The notes beneath the pieces are model-generated. The model saw only the letters and a list, made by a program, of their open reading frames with translations. It ran no database searches and was not told where the DNA came from. The position numbers and the translations under genes were made by a program. Shown one piece after another: positions 56,990 through 64,000 of a DNA stretch of 64,000 nucleotides (position 1 is its first letter; every line of letters begins with the position of its first letter). Source of the DNA: Acidobacteriota bacterium (GTDB taxonomy: Bacteria; Acidobacteriota; UBA6911; RPQK01; JAJDTT01); the NCBI GenBank assembly GCA_965217775.1, contig CBDCJH010000002.1, positions 1,152,001-1,216,000 of the forward strand, in the 5' to 3' direction.

Positions 56990-57458
56990 CACCGCAACGG
57001 GGTTTTCTCCTCAACGGCGATCCGGCGGGCCGGACGCTGTTTACCTATCGATCTGCCGACTTGGTTCGCTGGAGCCAGGCGCCGGCGTTGTCCTTCGCCC
57101 GCTACGGCTATCGATCGGCTCCCGTGAGCCGGGTGGAGGAGGCCCATACCTCCAATGGGAACTGGGACCGCGGCAATGTCCTCGTTTCCACCTACCTCCA
57201 GTGGCACGGAGGTCCCGACTTGAAATCCACCACCATGGACGTCGGGCTTCTGGTCAGCAACGACGGCCTCCATTTTCGAGAGCCTGTCCCCGATTTTTCC
57301 TGGATCCCCCGGGGCGCTCCAGGGACCTGGGAAGGGGGAGGCACCTGGGGCGTATCGTTCCTCAACGTGGACAACGAGACGCGCATCTACTATGGCGGCA
57401 CCAACAGCCTGGCGGCACTCGCGACCGGGGGCGTCGGGTTGGCGACGATCAAACGCGG
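56990..57458 (+). pseudogene. captured internal fragment of a beta-propeller hydrolase gene
   Basis: Open frame with SADLVRW, LLVSNDGLHFREP and ETRIYYGG; no own start or stop; bounded by motifs. Confidence 0.72.
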
Positions 57459-57460
57459 TT

Positions 57461-57530
57461 GGAAGGTGGCGTACGGTTGGAAGGTGGCGTAGGAAGGTGG
57501 CGTAGGAAGGTGGCGTAGGAAGGTGGCGTA
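57461..57530. repeat. GGAAGGTGGCGTA tandem repeat x5
   Basis: Copies at 57461, 57479, 57492, 57505 and 57518, followed by TTCAAGACTGTCCCTTTCTG. Confidence 0.92.
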
Positions 57531-57561
57531 TTCAAGACTGTCCCTTTCTGTTCTCGGAGGC

Positions 57562-57935
57562 CCGTCATCAGTTTCTCGGCCATCTACCTCCGCTACCGCC
57601 ACACCGACCGGGCGATCCGGCCGAGTCTAGCGGTCGACGTGCTGCTCTGGGCCTGCTCCACCGTCATGCTCCTCTTTGCCGTCTACTACGTGGCCAAGAG
57701 GCTCGGGTTCGGCGCCTGACGGCCCGTCACATGGGTTGTCCCTACGGCACCGGTTTCCTGAAGATGACGATGTGCTGGTGGGGCAGGAGGTCCAGCGTCT
57801 CGACCCTGACCAGGGGATGCGCTGAGATCTGGCGCCAGACCTGATCCTGGTTCATCTTGTGCAGCCGGACGATGGGAACCGCCGGATCTTCCGCCCGGTA
57901 CTCCACCAGGACCAGCCGCCCGCCCGGTTTCAGGG
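57562..57935. repeat. duplicate of the Nramp 3' end plus methyltransferase variant A 3' end
   Basis: Near-identical to about 49278-49612 with a few substitutions; extends about 40 bp further into the methyltransferase. Confidence 0.92.
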
Positions 57936-58150
57936 CGCAAAAAAAGGGACCAAAAAAAGGGACAGTCTATTTTTCTCGTTTCTTCAGTTTCATTCAGCGT
58001 TTCTTCAGTTTCATTCAGAGACGGGAAGTGTGCTGGTTTTCGTGAGGTTCTTTCGCCTTTCCTGGTTCTGAGTCGTTGTTGTCATCAGAGGTGAGAGGTG
58101 CGAACCCGAACCGACTCCCTCGCGAGTCCGATTCACCGAGGACCGTGCCC

Positions 58151-59086
58151 ATGCCCCGAACCGCGCGACACAAGAGCAAGGAAGCCGCCTTCTATCACCT
58201 CACCAATCGTGTCACCGGCTGGACCGATTGGTTCCCCTTCGAAGACCCGCGAGCCCGTCGCAAACTCCTGAACCTGATGTTGTTCTACGTTAGTGTCTAC
58301 CGGTGTCGTCTGGCCGCATTTCAGATCATGGGCAATCATTTCCACCTCGTCGTCCATTTTGAGAAGCCTCGCTGCTTGTGCCGCAAGGAGTTGGAGGAGA
58401 GCGCCCGCAAGCTTTATGGGCGAAAAACCGATGTGGAAACCGGCGGTTGGACCGACGACCAGTGGGAGGCTTTCAACCAGCGTCTGTTTGACGTGTCGAA
58501 ACTGATGGCGAATGTGGATGGGATCTATGCCCGGTGGTACAACCGCCAGTTTCGACGGCGAGGGCATTTTTGGAGTGAACGTTTCAAGAACCCGGAACTA
58601 TTGGGAACCGAAGCGGTCCAAGACGCCATTCTTTACGTGGAACTCAACGCCGTCCGGGCCGGACTGGTCAAGCGGCCCGAGCAGTGGAAGTGGGGCTCAG
58701 CCCGCTGGAGACTGTTCGGCAAAGATCAAGACCTGATTCCACTGGAGGAACTGTTTCCCTCGGATCCCGGAACGGACCTGTACAGCAGTTACCGGGCTCG
58801 TTTGTATTATCGGGGGGCCGTCCCGACCCGGCCCAACCAGGCTGCGATCCCCCGGTGGATCCTCCATCAGGAGCAGCGACGTGGATTTACCCGTGCCGGA
58901 GCCTTTCGCCGGCGTTTGCGGTTTCTGACGGACGGGTTGGCCGTCGGGCCGGCAGAGAAGGTGGCGCAATTGCTGGAGACGTATCGGCAACAAGGTCGAT
59001 ATCGGCGTCGCCGACACCCCATTCCCCAACTGGGCGGAGTGATGTTTTCCCTGCGGGAGCAACGCTCGCACGCCTTCCTATCGTAG
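58151..59086 (+). CDS. HUH Y1 (RAYT-like) transposase copy 3
   Basis: Near-identical to copy 2, including leader and trailer; differences cluster in the N-terminal half. Confidence 0.9.
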   Translation: MPRTARHKSKEAAFYHLTNRVTGWTDWFPFEDPRARRKLLNLMLFYVSVYRCRLAAFQIMGNHFHLVVHFEKPRCLCRKELEESARKLYGRKTDVETGGWTDDQWEAFNQRLFDVSKLMANVDGIYARWYNRQFRRRGHFWSERFKNPELLGTEAVQDAILYVELNAVRAGLVKRPEQWKWGSARWRLFGKDQDLIPLEELFPSDPGTDLYSSYRARLYYRGAVPTRPNQAAIPRWILHQEQRRGFTRAGAFRRRLRFLTDGLAVGPAEKVAQLLETYRQQGRYRRRRHPIPQLGGVMFSLREQRSHAFLS

Positions 59087-59356
59087 ACTCGCCTGATCTC
59101 CGTCCGTCGATTCTGCCACCGCGGCACCGACTGACCGAGATCACGGGAAACGCCCAATAGACTGCATTGTCCTGTTGAATGTGTGGAAAGTCCTTCGGAC
59201 TTCCATCCATTTGCCAGAGGTTCACCGTTCTGCTTCCTGCTTCCGGGTGGGATTCTCAAGACTCGCGACACGCAACACAGAGCCGGAAAAAGGGGACAGT
59301 CTATTTTCCCCGCTCATTCATATCTGAAGGCATCTCAGGATTGAGCGCGGACGGTT

Positions 59357-59395
59357 GGAAGGTGGCGTTGGAAGGTGGCGTTGGAAGGTGGCGTT
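59357..59395. repeat. GGAAGGTGGCGTT tandem repeat x3
   Basis: Followed by TTCAAGACTGTCCCTTTCTG, as at 57531. Confidence 0.9.
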
Positions 59396-59508
59396 TTCAA
59401 GACTGTCCCTTTCTGTTTGCGTGTTTGCGTGACTGAATTGGACGGGCGTTGGATCGCAGCCGACGGTAAGGGACGGCGACCACAAGGGCCGCCCGTACGG
59501 GAGGTGTC

Positions 59509-60231
59509 CTACCCGGTCGGCTTCTGGAAGATGACGATGTGCTGGCGGGGCAGGAGGTCGAGCGTCTCCACCCAGACCAGCGGATGCGCCGAGATCTCGC
59601 GCCGGACCTGGTCCTGGCTCATCTTGTGGAGCCGAAGGATGGGAACCGCCGGGTCCTCGGCCCGGTACTCTACCAGGACCAGGCGCCCACCCGGCTTCAG
59701 CGACCGGTGAATTCCCCGGATCATCTCCCAGGGATGAGAGAACTCGTGGTAGACGTCCACCAGGAGGGCGAGGTCCACGCTCTCGGGAGAGAGACCAGGG
59801 TCCTGGATGGTCCCTCGGATGGGTTTCACATTGCCGATTTTTCTCTGGGCGGAGCGGCGGCGGATGATCTGGAGCATCTCGTCCTGAATGTCTACCGCCA
59901 GCACCCGCCCCCCGGATCCCACCCGCTTGGCCAAACGAAAAGAAAAGTAGCCGGATCCGGCCCCGATGTCGGCGATGGTCATTCCCGTCAAGGTTCCCAG
60001 AGCGTCCAACAGCGCCTCAGGGTCCTCTTCAACCTCCCGTTCGGGGCGTTCCAGCCAGGAGGCGCCCTGGTGTCCCATGACGCGGGAGATCTCACGGCCC
60101 AGGTAGAACTTGCCGGTTCCGTGGGGATCCGTGCTGGTCCGGTGCTCGTAGCGAGGCGGTTCCGCACCGGAAATGCCCTGAAGCAGCAACGGAAGGATGC
60201 AGGCAAGGAGCGGAAATGGAGTCGATCTCAT
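59509..60231 (-). CDS. class I SAM-dependent methyltransferase (signal peptide)
   Basis: IADIGAGSGYF motif I, LAVDIQ, VDVYHEFSHP and LKPGGRLVLVEY; start at MRSTPFPLL. Confidence 0.9.
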   Translation of the reverse strand: MRSTPFPLLACILPLLLQGISGAEPPRYEHRTSTDPHGTGKFYLGREISRVMGHQGASWLERPEREVEEDPEALLDALGTLTGMTIADIGAGSGYFSFRLAKRVGSGGRVLAVDIQDEMLQIIRRRSAQRKIGNVKPIRGTIQDPGLSPESVDLALLVDVYHEFSHPWEMIRGIHRSLKPGGRLVLVEYRAEDPAVPILRLHKMSQDQVRREISAHPLVWVETLDLLPRQHIVIFQKPTG

Positions 60232-60426
60232 GGCAAGCCATTTTATCAGCAGACGGGATGCCAGGAGGTTGAACAGAGTTGGGAATTGGCCGTAGAGGGG
60301 CTGTTCGATAGTCCGGCGTCCGGTTGATTTGGCCAGGCCCCTGCGGTATAAAATTCCCAATACGGCCGGTAAAAGGCAGGCTCGGAACGGGAGCCGCGAG
60401 CGGTTTTTCGAATCGGGAGGAATTCC

Positions 60427-61803
60427 ATGCTGAGACTCGACGCCGACAAGCCCGTATCCTTCTGCGACGGTTTCAACCGGCGCGACTTCTTCCACGTCGG
60501 GGCGCTGTCCGGTTTGGGACTCAGTCTGGTCGATGTCTTCGGCCTGAAGGCCCTGGGGTCCGTCGATGCCGAGAAGGACCCCATGAACTGCATCTTCCTC
60601 TTCCTGGTCGGCGGTCCCAGCCAGTTGGACACCTGGGACATGAAGCCGGATGCGCCCGCCGAGATCCGGGGTCCGTTCAAACCCATTCCCACCAACGTGG
60701 ACGGGATCCGGATCAGCGAGATCTTCCCGCGGATGGCGGGGCACGCCGACAAGTTTTCACTGGTTCGGAGCCTCTACCACGATGCGGCTGCGGTGCATGA
60801 CACGGGACATCAGATGATGCAGACCGGCCGCCTTTTCCAGGCCGGCGTGGAGCACCCGCACGCCGGCTGCGTCATCAACAAGCTCCGGGGCCCGCGTGGG
60901 GCCCTGCCGGCCCACGTCCTGATCCCCCGTCCCATCGGCAAGACCGGTGGCAACATGCCCCACGGCCAGGACGCCGGGTACCTGGGCCGGGGGCTCGACC
61001 CCTTTGTCCTCAACAGCGACCCGTCGCTGCCCGATTTCAAGGTGCGGGACCTCCTGCCTCCCGACTACATCTCCGCAAGTCGTCTGAACCGGCGCCGTAA
61101 CCTGAGAGAGATCGTGGACGGGGTGGTGGGCAATTTCGAGAACAGTGACGACGCCCGGCTGCTGGATTCCAGTTTCCATCAGGCCTATACCCTGATTTCC
61201 TCGTCAAGCGCCCGGGAGGCGTTCGACATCAACCTGGAAGACAATGCGGTCCGAGACCGTTACGGCCGCAACAAGTTCGGACAAAGCTGCCTGCTGGCCC
61301 GGCGGCTGGTGGAGCGGGGCGTTCGGTTCGTGACGGTCAACATGTTCGAGACCGTCTTCAACGAGATCACGTGGGATATCCACGGATCGGCCCCCTTCAG
61401 CCCCATCAGTTGCTACTCGGATCTGGTCGGTCCCATGTTCGACAATGGTTTCTCGTCCCTGGTGGAGGACCTGCAGGACCGCGGGATGTTGGAGAACACG
61501 CTGATCGTGGCCATGGGCGAGTTCGGCCGCACTCCCAAGATCAATCCGGCCGGCGGCCGCGATCACTGGCCCGGTTGCTGGTCCACGGTTTTCGCCGGCG
61601 GAGGCATCCAGGGCGGACGGGTCGTGGGCGAGTCGGATGAGATCGGAGCCCTGCCCAAGGATCGTCCGGTGACCCCGTCAGAGGTCGTGGCCACCGTCTA
61701 TCACCTGCTCGGCGTGGACCTGGAGACGGAGCTGGACGGGCCCGGCGGACGGCCCGTGCCCATCGTCGATTACAACGTCGAGCCCATCTACGAGTTGATC
61801 TGA
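60427..61803 (+). CDS. DUF1501 domain protein
   Basis: RRDFF Tat-like motif; GGPSQLDTWDMKP, FGQSCLLARRLVERGV, MGEFGRTPKIN and GGRDHWP. Confidence 0.92.
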   Translation: MLRLDADKPVSFCDGFNRRDFFHVGALSGLGLSLVDVFGLKALGSVDAEKDPMNCIFLFLVGGPSQLDTWDMKPDAPAEIRGPFKPIPTNVDGIRISEIFPRMAGHADKFSLVRSLYHDAAAVHDTGHQMMQTGRLFQAGVEHPHAGCVINKLRGPRGALPAHVLIPRPIGKTGGNMPHGQDAGYLGRGLDPFVLNSDPSLPDFKVRDLLPPDYISASRLNRRRNLREIVDGVVGNFENSDDARLLDSSFHQAYTLISSSSAREAFDINLEDNAVRDRYGRNKFGQSCLLARRLVERGVRFVTVNMFETVFNEITWDIHGSAPFSPISCYSDLVGPMFDNGFSSLVEDLQDRGMLENTLIVAMGEFGRTPKINPAGGRDHWPGCWSTVFAGGGIQGGRVVGESDEIGALPKDRPVTPSEVVATVYHLLGVDLETELDGPGGRPVPIVDYNVEPIYELI

Positions 61804-61807
61804 GGTC

Positions 61808-63964
61808 GTGACCAAGCGGTCGCCATTCCTCCCGCTGTTTCTCCTGTCCTTTGCCGTCTTGCAGGCGGCTCCGGATTCCCCCAGCTTCCGGAACGACGTC
61901 CTGCCGATCCTGAGCAAGGCGGGCTGCAATTCGGGACCCTGTCACGGCGCCCTGGCGGGGAAGAACGGGTTCCGGCTCTCGCTTCGCGGATACGATCCGG
62001 TCACCGATTACTTTTCCCTCACCCGGGAGGCGCTCGGCCGCAGATTGGTCAAGATGGCGCCCGCCCGGAGCCTGATCCTCTTGAAGCCGACCCTGACCCT
62101 TCCCCACGGAGGAGGAAAACGCTTCGAGGTCGATTCTCCCGAATACCGGGTGATCGCGGACTGGATCGCGGCGGGCGCGCCGGCTCCGAATCCCGAAGAT
62201 CCGGTGATCGAGACCATTGAGGTGAATCCCGACAAGATTCTGCTGCAGAAACCCGGGGACACGGTTCAGATCTCGGTGCAGGCCCGATTCTCGGACGGGA
62301 CTTCCCGGGAGGTGACGCGCCAGACCAAGTTCAGTTCCACCAATGAGGGCGTCGTGGCCGTGGGCGATCGGGGTCTGGCCACCGCCAAGGGCCACGGAGA
62401 GGGCGCGGTCTCCGTCTGGTACTCCAGCAAGGTGGCCTTCTCCCGCGTGACGGTGCCTCATGAACGCCAACTGGGCCCGGAAGTCTTCGGGCAGGCTCCC
62501 CGCAACAACAGGGTGGACGACCTGGTTCTGGCCAAACTCCGCGAGCTGCGGATTCCTCCCTCCCCGCCGTGCGACGACAACACCTTCATCCGAAGGGTCT
62601 ATCTGGACACGATCGGGGTGTTGCCGAGCCGGCAGGATCTGAGCCGGTTTCTTGCGGATACGAGCAGTGACCGGCGGGCGCGGCTGATCGATGTGGTCCT
62701 GGAGCGGCCCGAGTACGTGGATTACTGGACCTACAAGTGGTCCGACCTGCTCCTGGTCTCCAGCCGCAAGCTGGAACCGGCCGCCATGTGGTCCTACTAC
62801 GACTGGATCCGGAACGGGGTAGCCGAGAACCGTCCTTGGGACCGGTTCATCGAAGATCTGGTCACCGCCACCGGAAGCAATCTGGAGAACGGGGCCGTCA
62901 ACTACTGGCTGATCCACCAGCAACCCCAGGAGATCACGGAGAACCTGAGCCAGGCGTTTCTGGGGATCTCCCTGACCTGTGCCCGCTGTCACAATCACCC
63001 CTTGGAGAAGTGGACCCAGGATCAGTACTACGGGATGGCCAACCTGGTCTCCCGCGTTCGTCTCAAGAACGGTCAGGCCGCAGGCGAATTCACGCTGGTC
63101 CCGCGGCCGGTGGGAGAGGTCAACCATCCCCGCCTGGGACGGCCCATGCCGCCGCAGCCTCTGGACGGCGAGTCCCTGGGGCTGGACGATCCGGCCGATC
63201 GGCGGCGCCACCTGGCGCGCTGGTTGGTGGGCAGCGAACACTTCGCCCGAAGCTTGGTCAATCGGGTCTGGGCCCATTTCTTCGGGCGGGGCATCGTGGA
63301 CCCGGAGGACGATCTCAGGGCCACCAACCCGGCGTCCAACGAGGCTCTCCTGTCGGCTCTGACCCGGGATTTCATGGACAACGGCCACGACGTCAAGCGT
63401 CTGATCCGAACCATTCTGAACTCGGCCACCTATCAACTCTCCTCCCAGGCCAATCCGGCCAATGGAAACGACGAAGAGTACTTCTCCCACCATCGGAGCC
63501 GGCGGTTGCCGGCCGAGGTGGTGCTCGACGCCATCTCCCAGGTCACGGAAATCCCCGAGGAGTTCAAGGGCTATCCCCTCGGGACCCGGGCACTCCAGTT
63601 GCCCGAAACCCAGGTCGAGTCCTACTTCCTCGACTCCTTCGGGCGTCCGCCGCGGCTGTCCTCCGGAGCCGATGAACGCAAGGGCGATGCCAACGTGGCT
63701 CAGGTCCTCCACCTGATCAACGGAGGGACGCTGAACCGGAAGCTGAGGGCGGAAGCAGGCGCCGTCGATCGGTTTCTGGATCTGGAGCTTCCGGCTCCGG
63801 AACTGGTGGAGCAGGTCTATGAGACGGCCCTGTCGCGGCGGCCGAGCCGGCCTGAAGTCGCCCGGCTGGTCGCGGCCCTGGATCTGGAGCAGGCCAGCCG
63901 TGAGGGCATCGAGGACCTGTTCTGGGCCGTCCTGACCAGCAAGGAATTTCTGTTCACTCACTGA
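61808..63964 (+). CDS. DUF1549/DUF1553 protein with Ig-like domain
   Basis: PSFRNDVLPILSKAGCNSGPCHG, FIRRVYLD, CARCHNHP, VNRVWAHFFGRG and EFLFTH. Confidence 0.92.
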   Translation: MTKRSPFLPLFLLSFAVLQAAPDSPSFRNDVLPILSKAGCNSGPCHGALAGKNGFRLSLRGYDPVTDYFSLTREALGRRLVKMAPARSLILLKPTLTLPHGGGKRFEVDSPEYRVIADWIAAGAPAPNPEDPVIETIEVNPDKILLQKPGDTVQISVQARFSDGTSREVTRQTKFSSTNEGVVAVGDRGLATAKGHGEGAVSVWYSSKVAFSRVTVPHERQLGPEVFGQAPRNNRVDDLVLAKLRELRIPPSPPCDDNTFIRRVYLDTIGVLPSRQDLSRFLADTSSDRRARLIDVVLERPEYVDYWTYKWSDLLLVSSRKLEPAAMWSYYDWIRNGVAENRPWDRFIEDLVTATGSNLENGAVNYWLIHQQPQEITENLSQAFLGISLTCARCHNHPLEKWTQDQYYGMANLVSRVRLKNGQAAGEFTLVPRPVGEVNHPRLGRPMPPQPLDGESLGLDDPADRRRHLARWLVGSEHFARSLVNRVWAHFFGRGIVDPEDDLRATNPASNEALLSALTRDFMDNGHDVKRLIRTILNSATYQLSSQANPANGNDEEYFSHHRSRRLPAEVVLDAISQVTEIPEEFKGYPLGTRALQLPETQVESYFLDSFGRPPRLSSGADERKGDANVAQVLHLINGGTLNRKLRAEAGAVDRFLDLELPAPELVEQVYETALSRRPSRPEVARLVAALDLEQASREGIEDLFWAVLTSKEFLFTH

Positions 63965-64000
63965 TCCACCGCGGGGCGGAATTTGTACATGGGCGTCCTT

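Larger units (their letters stand above)
49617..59415. repeat. dispersed AAAAGGG(G)ACAGTC(TATTTT) junction motif, 10 copies
   Basis: Plus-strand copies at about 49617, 51423, 54429, 55621, 56959, 57938 and 59285; minus-strand copies at about 50975, 57532 and 59396. Confidence 0.9.

Noticed and set aside
49278-57935. Duplicated segments as pure assembly artefacts
   Set aside because: Copies differ by several substitutions and have different breakpoints; not fully excluded without reads
60330-60345. Possible sigma-54 promoter TGGCCAGGCCCCTGC upstream of DUF1501
   Set aside because: Only the GG/GC spacing fits; too weak in high-GC DNA
59509-60744. 411 aa version of the methyltransferase
   Set aside because: The extension overlaps the DUF1501 gene antisense; a signal-peptide start at 60231 is more plausible
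61541-63961. 806 aa minus-strand ORF and similar long antisense ORFs (e.g. 42615-44432, 16904-18508)
   Set aside because: Shadows of well-supported high-GC genes on the opposite strand, with no recognisable motifs

Overview
GC-rich bacterial DNA; the Oar-like TonB receptor, DUF1501/DUF1549 genes and plant-type LRR protein suggest Acidobacteriota or a similar lineage (inference). The core genes are metabolic or envelope genes: SSS symporter, sialidase-like protein, two M19-like dipeptidases, Rieske protein, ECF sigma operon, creD, M16 protease, partial ebo operon, esterase, Nramp-like transporter and a methyltransferase. A dense mobilome is laid over them. (1) An IS110 sits inside a REP, and its bridge-RNA guides can be read and match both the REP target and its own donor junction. 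(2) An IS1380 composite unit has a 5-bp TSD. (3) A MITE interrupts one of a set of paralogs. (4) An intact tnpB is bounded by 22-bp terminal inverted repeats, with no transposase. (5) An IS1634 lies inside a type IIG RM fragment. (6) A 10-kb mosaic at 49.4-59.5 kb holds three HUH/RAYT transposase genes and ten copies of an AAAAGGG(G)ACAGTC motif that marks nearly every junction between captured or duplicated gene fragments. The RAYT 'cargo-slot' mosaic and the TIR-bounded TnpB are the best candidates for undescribed systems. No rRNA, tRNA or CRISPR array was recognised.
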